NCBI GenBank assembly: GCA_038116745.1
Contig: JAYODW010000001.1
Span: 38,200-102,199, forward strand
Source of the DNA: Gammaproteobacteria bacterium
GTDB taxonomy: Bacteria > Pseudomonadota > Gammaproteobacteria > Ga0077536
Length of the DNA: 64,000 nt
Reading direction: 5' to 3'
The notes below the pieces were generated by a model. The model saw only the letters and a program-made list of their open reading frames with translations, was not told the DNA's origin and searched no databases. How positions within the stretch are numbered: the first letter of the stretch is position 1; the number at the start of each line of letters is the position of its first letter. This document shows positions 17,631 through 26,392 of the stretch, in pieces. The position numbers and the translations under genes were made by a program.

Positions 17631-19067
17631 TCAGGTCTGCGCACCCCTGATTCGCCCCAGCCAGCGCGCGACGCTCCGGCGATGCGTGTCGAGGTAGCTA
17701 CCGCTACCGAAAAAGCGATCGTAGAACCCGGTTTCGAGGCGATGCGCCTGGGTGTAGTAGCGGATGAAAATACTGGGCACAGTTCCCGGGAACTTACCGA
17801 ACGTATCGTAGATGTATTCGGCATTCGCGATGACGCAATCGACCAGAGCCTGACTCGGGCGCGAGGCTTCACGCTTTATCGATGCGTTATCTTTGAACGG
17901 GCCTGGAGAGGTCGGATCGTAGGTACCGCCGGGACCGAATTTAAGCTCCAGAAACGCCTCTACCGCCGCACGCATCGAGGGGTAAAACGGTGGCGAGAAT
18001 GCCTGATACAGCCCTTCAATTCCGAGCGGATTCGGTACTCCCCACCCGTCTTTTTTCTCGAACGTAAAGCCCAGCCCGGGCTCGCCTGCTTTGGCTGCGG
18101 CGCCCATGATGGTGAAGGGACTGACGCCGGAGTAGAACCACCCCCCAAGTCCCAGCGGCTGCAAAGATAGCGACATGTTGTGTCCCATGACGCCCATTTC
18201 GACCGCGCACGTCGTCAGCAGGTACTGCTCCATATAGGAGAGCGGATATTTCCGGTCCGGGCTGATAAGACCGCTGTCGAAGAAGGGCTGCAGTGCGCCC
18301 GCGGGTCGCCCGTGCAGATCGTCGTAAGTGGTGTAGCCCGAGCCGGCGGCAATGAAGAGGAAATCGAGCAGTTGCTCTGACACATTCCCCACCGGAATGA
18401 ACAGAGTGGACCCGGGAGTATTGCCGTTCCAGAAATTGTGCGCACTGTAGTGAGGCGCCGCGCGCGGTGGATCGATCCGTCGGCTTGAGAGCTTCTGTGT
18501 GTGGCTCTTTACCCGCGAGATGAGCCGTTCGGCATCAGACAGATCAGCATGCGCCCAACTCCCGTCTGCCGCGCCGTCACGCGTGCTGACGTAGTACGTC
18601 CCGTCATCCTGGGTGTAGAACAGATCGGTGTTGCCGATCCCGGCCGCGACCGGCAGCGTGCGGCCGGTGTAGCGCACTGCGTAATCGCACAGTCCCTGCT
18701 GGCCGGTGGTGAACGGGATCCCGTGATGACAGCCGGAGATGCCGAGCCCGGAGGCAATGATCATCGAACGCTCGAAATCATCGAGCGGCGTGGGCGGTAG
18801 CTCAGATTTATAGGCGAGCGGACCATGCGGGATCTGCATGCCCCAGCCGAAGCGGCGCGAGCGGCGTCCGTAAAGCGCCGCTGTCAGGGGAAAACGGTTG
18901 AACTCCTCGAGCAGCGCGTTCCATTCCTCGATCTGTGCCGCCGGGACCGCGTCAGACGTCCCGGCCGCGGCGCTCGCCGACTGCCCACGGCCAGCGGCCA
19001 GCGCAGCAAGGCTGGTCAGGAACATGAACGTACGCCGGGTGAGACCGGCTGCGGATGCTTTGGTCAT
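17631..19067 (-). CDS. Tat-exported hypothetical protein (about 478 aa)
   Basis: MTKASAAGLTRRTFMFLTSLAALAAG twin-arginine-like signal. SD AGGAGA precedes the ATG at 19067. No recognisable catalytic motif. Confidence 0.55.
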   Translation of the reverse strand: MTKASAAGLTRRTFMFLTSLAALAAGRGQSASAAAGTSDAVPAAQIEEWNALLEEFNRFPLTAALYGRRSRRFGWGMQIPHGPLAYKSELPPTPLDDFERSMIIASGLGISGCHHGIPFTTGQQGLCDYAVRYTGRTLPVAAGIGNTDLFYTQDDGTYYVSTRDGAADGSWAHADLSDAERLISRVKSHTQKLSSRRIDPPRAAPHYSAHNFWNGNTPGSTLFIPVGNVSEQLLDFLFIAAGSGYTTYDDLHGRPAGALQPFFDSGLISPDRKYPLSYMEQYLLTTCAVEMGVMGHNMSLSLQPLGLGGWFYSGVSPFTIMGAAAKAGEPGLGFTFEKKDGWGVPNPLGIEGLYQAFSPPFYPSMRAAVEAFLELKFGPGGTYDPTSPGPFKDNASIKREASRPSQALVDCVIANAEYIYDTFGKFPGTVPSIFIRYYTQAHRLETGFYDRFFGSGSYLDTHRRSVARWLGRIRGAQT

Positions 19068-19300
19068 AGGGAATTCTCCTGTGGTCGAGTCGCTGCGCTC
19101 AGGGTGCATGACTGACGGGTAAAACGCCGCGCCATTGTAGGCCATGCCCTGCGTCCGCCAGGCAGGAGAGGGGAGCAGCGCCACGATTCAAGCGACAGCG
19201 CAGAATGTCATGTGTCGGTTCCGACACGCAGGCTTCTACAATACGTTTTCGCGGCATACCGGCGATGCAATAGACCAAGAGCCCAACATAGGAGCGCGGC

Positions 19301-20737
19301 GTGGAAAGTCCGTTTCGAGCGACGTTCAAACAGATGATGAATGAGGTGGTTGATGCGGGTGCCTGTTGTGCCTGCGGGGCCTGCGTACTGGTGTGTCCAC
19401 ACAATGTGATCGAATACATCGACGGGGTACCGGTACAGACCGCAAAGAGCAGCGCTGCATTCGATTTCTGTGGCGTCAGCGAGGGCGCCGGCTGCGATGT
19501 CTGCGCGAGCGTGTGTCCACGATTGTGGCCGCGAGAGACCCACCTGCGCGATGTGGTCTTCGGGGAAGACCGCGGTCTGGAGGATATTTTTGGCGTGTTT
19601 CGGCGAATTTTCGTCGCCCGTGCCAGTGACAAGGGGATCGCCGACGCCGGCCAGGATGGCGGCGTGGTCACCGCGTTGATGGCCTGGGCGCTGCGCGAGG
19701 GTGAGATTGATGGCGCGGTGGTCGCAGCAGTCGGCGAGAGCGATAGGCCCTGTTTTCCCACCCCTAAACTTGTGCGAACCGAGGAGGAAATCCGCGCCAG
19801 CGCCGGCAGCTGGTATACCTACTGCGCGAACAATCTCGCCCTCGAGCAGGCTGCGGCGGAAGACCTGAAAAAAGTCGCATTCGTCGGTGTGCCCTGTCAG
19901 ATCACGCCCCTGCGCAAGATGGAGCACAGCGATCCTGGATTTCTCGCAGCGCCGCGCAAGAAAGAAAAGATTGTGTCCCGACAGCGCAGCTTTCTGCGCG
20001 GTTACAGCGAGCGTGTGGCGTTCAGCGTGGGCTTGTTCTGCACCGAGGTGTTCCGCCCTGAACTGATGACTGAGCGTATTGAACGGGACATGGGGATCCC
20101 GCTCACGGAGGTGCGGCAGTTCAACGTCAAGGGCGAAGTGCTGGTGTACCAGCGCAATGGCGACATCGCGCGGATCCCGTTGGCGGAGGCCATGGCGGAC
20201 TACCAGCGGCCTGAATGTCTGCACTGTGGGGATTTTTCCGCCGAGATGGCAGACATCGCCTGCGGTGGAGTCGGCACAGACAGGGCCACTATCGTGGTGT
20301 TGCGCACGCGCAAGGCGGAAGCGTTGTGGGAGCGGTTCCAGGCTGCGGGCGAGGTCGAGGTCGAGCCTATCGCGGAGAACAAGCGGGCCTGGAATATTCT
20401 GCTGCGTCTGGCTCGGCGGCAGCGTGAGCGCGTTCCCCCGGGGCCTGATATTCGCGGTACAAACGAGGCACTCGCGCCCTATGACCCGTACCGCGCATCG
20501 ACCCGGTCGCTGGCGGATCTGGCGGCGAGCACGCTGGATCTGGCGGCGAAGGACGCCATTGTTGGTGCTGCCTACGGTGCAGAGGGACCACCGACGGCGC
20601 CGTTGCGATATTTTGCGGGTACCCCAATCCCGGGTGATCCCGGCCCGTCCGAGGACGGTGGCAAGCGGCGTCTGCCGCCGCCGTTGATTTCCCGGGAGGG
20701 CGGCTCGGCTCCGGGTCGTGCAGAAAACTCTGCATAA
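19301..20737 (+). CDS. FrhB/FdhB-family Fe-S flavoprotein (coenzyme F420 hydrogenase/dehydrogenase beta-subunit-like) with a Pro/Arg/Gly-rich C-terminal tail
   Basis: N-terminal 2x[4Fe-4S] (CCACGACVLVCP, CDVCASVCP). FrhB-like DGGVVTALMAWALREGEIDGAVV and GVPCQITPL motifs. GTG start after AGGAG. Confidence 0.65.
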   Translation: MESPFRATFKQMMNEVVDAGACCACGACVLVCPHNVIEYIDGVPVQTAKSSAAFDFCGVSEGAGCDVCASVCPRLWPRETHLRDVVFGEDRGLEDIFGVFRRIFVARASDKGIADAGQDGGVVTALMAWALREGEIDGAVVAAVGESDRPCFPTPKLVRTEEEIRASAGSWYTYCANNLALEQAAAEDLKKVAFVGVPCQITPLRKMEHSDPGFLAAPRKKEKIVSRQRSFLRGYSERVAFSVGLFCTEVFRPELMTERIERDMGIPLTEVRQFNVKGEVLVYQRNGDIARIPLAEAMADYQRPECLHCGDFSAEMADIACGGVGTDRATIVVLRTRKAEALWERFQAAGEVEVEPIAENKRAWNILLRLARRQRERVPPGPDIRGTNEALAPYDPYRASTRSLADLAASTLDLAAKDAIVGAAYGAEGPPTAPLRYFAGTPIPGDPGPSEDGGKRRLPPPLISREGGSAPGRAENSA

Positions 20738-20809
20738 GCAGAGTGCTGCGTGCCCGGCTCACGTGTGTTGGACTCAGTGCTGAAGAAAGGGACGTCGATA
20801 TGCGGCCTT

Positions 20810-20853
20810 GTTATATGCACTCAAGTTATATGCTTATTCAATATTGATATATA
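20810..20853 (+). promoter_or_regulatory. AT-rich control region upstream of soxX: direct repeats GTTATATGC (20810-20818, 20825-20833), palindrome CAATATTG (20839-20846), and a TATATAT stretch
   Basis: Seen directly in sequence. The reverse complement of the repeat (GCATATAAC) is 8/9 identical to the hdr-upstream repeat core GTATATAAC. Confidence 0.35.
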
Positions 20854-20924
20854 TGGCCTGACGCAGTAGCGTGAAGTCCGCAAGCCACCAGACCGTTCCG
20901 GGACGTCGCTGCAAGGGGAGAACA

Positions 20925-21356
20925 ATGCGATCTCACAGCCTGTTTCTAGCCGTCTCACTCATCATCCCGCTCGCTGCCAGCGCCGGGGACGACTATACGG
21001 TTCAGAATTACGCTATTACGCAGCCCTTGGCGGAAGCGCCCGGCGATGCTGCTCGGGGCATGGACATCCTCGCTGCCCGCAGTCGAGGCAACTGCCTCAG
21101 CTGCCACCAGGCCCCGCTGGATGAGCCGTTCCAGGGCAATACGGGTCCCTCGCTCACCGCCGTTGCCAAGCGCTATAACGCTGCTCAGCTGCGCTTGCGC
21201 CTGGTCGATCCAAAACAGATCAACCCGGAAACGATGATGCCCGCGTACTTTCGTAAAGAGGGGTTTTATCGGGTTGCGCCTGAGTACGCCGACAAGTCCA
21301 TCCTGTCCGCCCAGGAAATCGAGGATGTGATCGCGGCGCTGATGTCCTTTCAGTGA
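20925..21356 (+). CDS. soxX: SoxX, monoheme cytochrome c
   Basis: Signal peptide and CLSCH heme motif. SD AGGGGAGA. Confidence 0.8.
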   Translation: MRSHSLFLAVSLIIPLAASAGDDYTVQNYAITQPLAEAPGDAARGMDILAARSRGNCLSCHQAPLDEPFQGNTGPSLTAVAKRYNAAQLRLRLVDPKQINPETMMPAYFRKEGFYRVAPEYADKSILSAQEIEDVIAALMSFQ

Positions 21357-21390
21357 AATCTCGAACGAGATTTCTCGACGGAATTCGGAG

Positions 21391-21861
21391 ATGAACCTTA
21401 TGCACAATGCGCCTGAAGATGAGTTTTTGCTGACGCGCCGCCGTGTGCTCAGATATCTGCTGGTTGGCAGCGGGATGGTGCTTCCCGGAATGGCCTTCGG
21501 GAATGCTGCAGATGCGCTGATCGACGCGATTGTCGGCGAGCGCAAGGCCGAGACCGGTGAACTCAAGCTGACCACGCCGGCGATCGCGGAAAACGGTAAT
21601 ACCGTGCCCATTACGGTGGAGGCAGGTGGCCCGTTTCAGGGCGATCAGTACGTGAAGGCGATCCATATTTTCGCCGTGGACAATCCGACGCCGGAGGTCA
21701 TCACGTTCAACTTCACCCCGCGTGCCGGTCTGGCCAAGACCTCGACCCGCATCCGGCTCGCGAAAACACAGCAGGTGGTTGCTGTGGCGGAGCTGTCCGA
21801 TGGCCGGGTGTGGCGTACAGCGAATGAAGTGAAAGTTACGATTGGTGGTTGTGGCGGCTGA
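21391..21861 (+). CDS. soxY: SoxY, sulfur carrier protein
   Basis: Tat-type signal (RRRVLRYL) and the invariant C-terminal GGCGG. Confidence 0.9.
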   Translation: MNLMHNAPEDEFLLTRRRVLRYLLVGSGMVLPGMAFGNAADALIDAIVGERKAETGELKLTTPAIAENGNTVPITVEAGGPFQGDQYVKAIHIFAVDNPTPEVITFNFTPRAGLAKTSTRIRLAKTQQVVAVAELSDGRVWRTANEVKVTIGGCGG

Positions 21862-21876
21862 GACGGGGAGGCACCG

Positions 21877-22200
21877 GTGGATAAACCCAGAGTCAAAGTT
21901 CCTAAGAAGGTCAAGAAAGGCGAGCCTTTCGAAGTGAAAGCGCTCGTCTCGCACAAGATGGAGTCCGGGCAGCGCAAGGACGAAGCAAGTGGGGAAAAGA
22001 TTCCGCGCATGATCATCAACCAGTTCGAGTGCAGTCTGGACGGAGAAGTGGTGTTCAGCGCCAAGCTCTATCCGGCTATTTCCGCCAACCCTTACCTCTC
22101 GTTCTACGTGGTGGCGGAAAAGAGCGGTGAGCTGTCTTTCTCCTGGACTGATGACAGCGGCGATACGGCCACGGCGAGCTCCAAGTTCGTAGTCCAATGA
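21877..22200 (+). CDS. soxZ: SoxZ
   Basis: About 107 aa. Typical SoxZ size and position. GTG start after GGGAG. Confidence 0.8.
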   Translation: MDKPRVKVPKKVKKGEPFEVKALVSHKMESGQRKDEASGEKIPRMIINQFECSLDGEVVFSAKLYPAISANPYLSFYVVAEKSGELSFSWTDDSGDTATASSKFVVQ

Positions 22201-23000
22201 GTCGCCGCTGCGTTTTTCTGAGAGGCGTCAGTCTGTTGCTGGCAATGAGCGGGGTCTACTGCACCGCAGGTGCCGAAGACTGGGGTGAATACGCTGTGGA
22301 CGGACGGCGCAGTGGATACACCTATGCCGCGGCGGAAACCCGGGCAATGCAGGATGACGAGTTTGAGAACTCCGGGTTCATCTGGGTGGAAAAGGGTGCG
22401 GAACTGTGGGACACCGCGCTCGGCAGCGGAGGCGAGAGCTGCGCCGGCTGCCATGGCGACGCGACAGAATCCATGCGCGGGGTGGGCGCCAGATATCCAG
22501 TGCTCGCGCCAGAGCGCGGCAAGCTGATCAACGTAGAGCAGCGCATCAACCAGTGCCTCAGCGAACGCATGAACGTTGCGCCATGGGACTGGGAATCTGA
22601 GCCGCTGCTGGCCATGACGACCTATGTCAAGCATCAGTCGCACGGGATGCCGGTCTCGCCGGTAGTCGATGGTGATGCTGAGCCTTTTTTTGACGCGGGT
22701 AAGGAGTTTTACGAGAAGCGCCGAGGGCAGCTGGATATGGCCTGCATCCACTGTCACGAGCGCAACCACGGCAATATGCTGCGCGCGCAGAAGCTGTCCC
22801 AGGGCATGTCCAACGGATTCCCGACCTACCGGTTGAAATGGCAGACGCTCGGCTCGCTGCATCGACGCATCATCGGCTGTAACCGTGACGTTCGTTCCGA
22901 ACCTTACCCGGCAGGCTCGGATGAGTACGTGAACCTCGAGCTTTATCTGGCCTGGCGCGCCCGCGGTCTGCCGGTCGAGACGCCGTCGGTGCGCAATTGA
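22197..23000 (+). CDS. soxA: SoxA, diheme cytochrome c
   Basis: Two CxxCH motifs (CAGCH, CIHCH). ATGA overlap with soxZ. Confidence 0.85.
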   Translation: MSRRCVFLRGVSLLLAMSGVYCTAGAEDWGEYAVDGRRSGYTYAAAETRAMQDDEFENSGFIWVEKGAELWDTALGSGGESCAGCHGDATESMRGVGARYPVLAPERGKLINVEQRINQCLSERMNVAPWDWESEPLLAMTTYVKHQSHGMPVSPVVDGDAEPFFDAGKEFYEKRRGQLDMACIHCHERNHGNMLRAQKLSQGMSNGFPTYRLKWQTLGSLHRRIIGCNRDVRSEPYPAGSDEYVNLELYLAWRARGLPVETPSVRN

Positions 23001-23032
23001 ACCGCGCTGTCTGCGCTTGACCTGACTCGCGC

Positions 23033-24715
23033 ATGCTTGAGCGACGGCACTTTCTACAGCTCGCGCTGGCGCTTGGCGCCGGCGGTACGGTGTTTTCAGA
23101 CCCTCGTCGAGCGCTCGCCAGGCAGGCGCTGCAGCTGGATGACCTGCTGAACTTTTCTGACCTGGGGCAGGTGACCCTGTTGCATCTGACAGATCTCCAC
23201 GCCCAGCTGCAGCCGGTGTACTTCCGTGAACCGTCGGTCAATATCGGCGTTGGTGAGGTGGCGGGGCTGCCGCCTCACATCACCGGGCGCGCGTTTCTGG
23301 AGCAGTTCAACGTGGATGTCGGCAGTGCGCTTGCGTACGCGCTCAGCAGCGAGGATTTCAGCGCGCTGGCCGCCAGCTACGGACGGGTAGGAGGGGTCGA
23401 CCGTCTGGCCACTGTGATCAAGCGGATCCGCGCCGATCGCCCGGAACAAACGCTGTTGCTGGACGGTGGTGATACCTGGCAGGGCTCGTACACCGCGCTG
23501 GAGACCCGGGGCGGCGATATGGTTCAGGTCATGCAGGCTCTCGGGGTGGATGCCATGACCGCCCACTGGGAGTTTACCTATGGTGAAGCGCGGGTTCAGG
23601 AGCTGATCGAGACACTCGGCTTTCCCTTTCTTGCGAGCAATGTGTTCGACACCGAGTGGGATGAGGCGGTATTTCCTTCCACTGCGTGGTTCGACAGGGG
23701 CGGCGTCAGGATTGCTGTGATCGGTCAGGCTTTCCCTTACACGCCGATAGCCAATCCGCGCTACATGATCCCGAACTGGTCGTTTGGCGTGCGTGAGCAG
23801 GCGCTGCGGGACACCGTGTCCGCAGCCCGGAGCGAAGGTGCCGGGCTGGTGGTGCTGCTCAGTCATAATGGTTTCGACGTCGACCGCAAGCTGGCCTCGC
23901 GAGTTGACGGCATTGACGTGGTGCTGACCGGACATACGCATGATGCGCTGCCAGCCGTGGTGCAGGTCGGAAAGACACTGCTTGTCGCGTCAGGCTCGCA
24001 TGGCAAGTTTCTCTCGCGGCTGGATTTGGATGTCGGCACGGACGGGGTTCGCGACTTCCGCTACCGACTCATCCCCGTGTTTGCGGACGCTATCGAACCC
24101 GATCGGGAGATGGAGCAACTGGTGGCAGCCATCCGGGCGCCTCACGCAGGGGTAATTGACCGCGTTCTGGGACAGACGGAGTCCCTCTTGTACCGACGCG
24201 GGAACCTCAACGGAACCTTCGATGACGTCATCTGCGCCGCGCTGCTGGAGCGGAGGGATGCGGAGATCGCGCTGTCCCCGGGTTTCCGCTGGGGCGCAAG
24301 TCTGCTGCCGGGCCAGTCGATAACGCTCGATGATGTCTACAACCAGACCGCGATTACCTACCCCGCGACCTATCGCAGCACCATGAAAGGGGCACAGCTC
24401 AAGGCCATCCTTGAGGACGTGGCGGATAACCTGTTCAACCCTGATCCCTACTATCAGCAGGGCGGTGACATGGTGCGGGTCGGCGGGCTCGGGTTCCGGT
24501 TGCGTGCGACTGCGGCCCGCGGGCAGCGGATCGAGGCGCTGACGCGAACCCGGGATGGGGCAATGATAGAAGCGGAAAAAGACTACGTCGTCTCAGGATG
24601 GGCTTCGGTGCAGGAAGGCACCGAGGGGCCGCCGGTTTACGATCTGGTACGCGACTACATCGCCGAGCAGGGCACCATCCGGGTGCAGCCGAATGATGCG
24701 GTGACCATCGCGTGA
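23033..24715 (+). CDS. soxB: SoxB, thiosulfohydrolase (metallophosphoesterase/5'-nucleotidase fold)
   Basis: Tat signal (MLERRHFLQLALALGAGG). Metallophosphoesterase motifs (LHLTDLH, GGDTWQG). 560 aa. Confidence 0.9.
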   Translation: MLERRHFLQLALALGAGGTVFSDPRRALARQALQLDDLLNFSDLGQVTLLHLTDLHAQLQPVYFREPSVNIGVGEVAGLPPHITGRAFLEQFNVDVGSALAYALSSEDFSALAASYGRVGGVDRLATVIKRIRADRPEQTLLLDGGDTWQGSYTALETRGGDMVQVMQALGVDAMTAHWEFTYGEARVQELIETLGFPFLASNVFDTEWDEAVFPSTAWFDRGGVRIAVIGQAFPYTPIANPRYMIPNWSFGVREQALRDTVSAARSEGAGLVVLLSHNGFDVDRKLASRVDGIDVVLTGHTHDALPAVVQVGKTLLVASGSHGKFLSRLDLDVGTDGVRDFRYRLIPVFADAIEPDREMEQLVAAIRAPHAGVIDRVLGQTESLLYRRGNLNGTFDDVICAALLERRDAEIALSPGFRWGASLLPGQSITLDDVYNQTAITYPATYRSTMKGAQLKAILEDVADNLFNPDPYYQQGGDMVRVGGLGFRLRATAARGQRIEALTRTRDGAMIEAEKDYVVSGWASVQEGTEGPPVYDLVRDYIAEQGTIRVQPNDAVTIA

Positions 24716-25221
24716 AATGCGGGAGCGCCGCGGGCGTACTGGCCGGTCTGTTTCTGTCAGTCGTTGTGCTCAGCGCTGCGGCAACCGATGACGAGCCGAT
24801 AGCACGCAGTGCGAGCCTGAAACCGGCCCTGGCCCTCAAGCTCGCCACGGCCGCGCAGGCGGCCTGCCGTGCGAGAGATTTTCAGGTCTCGGTTGTCGTT
24901 GTCGATCGCGCCGGCCATCCGCAGGCGGCAGTGCGCGATGAGCTCGCGGGATTTTTCACCTGGGACGTCGCACTCGCGAAAGCGCGCACGGCTGCGGCGC
25001 TGCGCCAGGCCACGCTGGCGCTCGCGCAGGCCATGCCGGAGCGCCCTGAACTTGCATCTCTGCAGACCATCGACGGACTGCTCATGCTGGGCGGTGGCGT
25101 TCCTGTGACCTGGGAGGGCAGCACAATTGGTGCTCTCGGGGTATCCGGTGCGCCGACCCAGGAGAGTGACCACGCCTGCGCACAGGACGGGCTGGAGGCG
25201 ATCGCCGACAATCTGTTTTGA
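24712..25221 (+). CDS. GlcG/HbpS-like (DUF336) protein, translationally coupled to soxB
   Basis: GTGA overlap with the soxB stop. Signal-peptide-like N-terminus. Family assignment from overall pattern only. Confidence 0.45.
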   Translation: MKCGSAAGVLAGLFLSVVVLSAAATDDEPIARSASLKPALALKLATAAQAACRARDFQVSVVVVDRAGHPQAAVRDELAGFFTWDVALAKARTAAALRQATLALAQAMPERPELASLQTIDGLLMLGGGVPVTWEGSTIGALGVSGAPTQESDHACAQDGLEAIADNLF

Positions 25222-25222
25222 G

Positions 25223-26278
25223 TTAGCGGGTGCCGTTGTCTTTGGTGAAGCCTTTGAACGGCACCGCGATCCTGCTGAGGTCCTGGATCAGATCCGGCGG
25301 TAGATCCGCCGGCATCTCGTAGCTCGCACTGGCTAGAACCGTGTCAATGAGGCCACCAAAACGGCGGTCCAACGCGTCTTTGATCTGGTCATGGCGGCCG
25401 ATCGCGGTGCATGCATGCAGCAGGCTATCGGGTACGGCCGCGGCCAGATCCTGCCAGCGTCCGGCTTTGGTCATCTGGTTAAGCTCGGGACCGAGCGCAC
25501 CATACCCCTCGGTTTCCAATACCGGCCAGTAGGCAGGGGTCGAAGCGTAAAACCCGATCCGTTGGCGCACCCAGGTCAACATCCGGTCGACGGTTTCGTC
25601 ATCCGGTCCGGTGGCCACGAAGCCGCCACCGCTGATCTCGAACTGCGCGCGCGATCTGCCGCTTTTCGCGAGGCCGCGCTGGAGGGCGGGTAAGACGCTT
25701 TCCTCGCAATAGCGGCGCGTGCAGAAAGGGTGCAGGCGCACACCGTCGGCTACTTCTCCGGCGAGGCTCAGCATGGCTTTTCCAACCGCGGCCAGCGTCA
25801 CTGGGGGCGGCGGATACGGCACCGGCTCTGGCACAAAATTCGGCGGCATCAGGGAAAACTGGTAGTGCTCACCCAGGTAGCGCAGAGGTTCGCCCTGCTG
25901 CCAGGTCTGCCAGATAGCGCGCAGGGCCTGAACATACTCGCGCATCCGGCTCACGGGCGCCGTCCAGGGCACGCTGAAACGTTTCTCATTGTGCGCGCGG
26001 ATCTGGGGTCCAAGCCCGAGCACAAAACGCCCCCCGGACGCCGCGTTGAGATCCCAAGCCAGATTCGCCGTGACCATCGGCGAGCGCGGAAATGCGATCG
26101 CGACGCCGGTCGCGAGCTCAAGCCTGGCGGTGGCCGTTGCCGCGACCGCCAGCGGCAGAAAGGGATCGTGGCGATTTTCCAGGGTAACCACACCATGGTA
26201 GCCCTGCGCCTCAGCTGCGGCAGCGGCCGCCTGACTCGCGGCCAGATGATGCTGTGGAATGGTTGTCATGATGCGCAT
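25223..26278 (-). CDS. LLM-class (luciferase-like) flavin/deazaflavin-dependent oxidoreductase
   Basis: TIM-barrel LLM signatures (GRFVLGLGPQ). Confidence 0.65.
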   Translation of the reverse strand: MRIMTTIPQHHLAASQAAAAAAEAQGYHGVVTLENRHDPFLPLAVAATATARLELATGVAIAFPRSPMVTANLAWDLNAASGGRFVLGLGPQIRAHNEKRFSVPWTAPVSRMREYVQALRAIWQTWQQGEPLRYLGEHYQFSLMPPNFVPEPVPYPPPPVTLAAVGKAMLSLAGEVADGVRLHPFCTRRYCEESVLPALQRGLAKSGRSRAQFEISGGGFVATGPDDETVDRMLTWVRQRIGFYASTPAYWPVLETEGYGALGPELNQMTKAGRWQDLAAAVPDSLLHACTAIGRHDQIKDALDRRFGGLIDTVLASASYEMPADLPPDLIQDLSRIAVPFKGFTKDNGTR

Positions 26279-26392
26279 CAGTGCGGGTCCTTGTATCTGG
26301 CGGCATGCGGCTGCAGCCCGAGCCGGCCTCTGAAGGGATGACTATGGCACCATAGCGTCCGACTTTGAAAACTCAATCTGTGAGGTTCCCTG

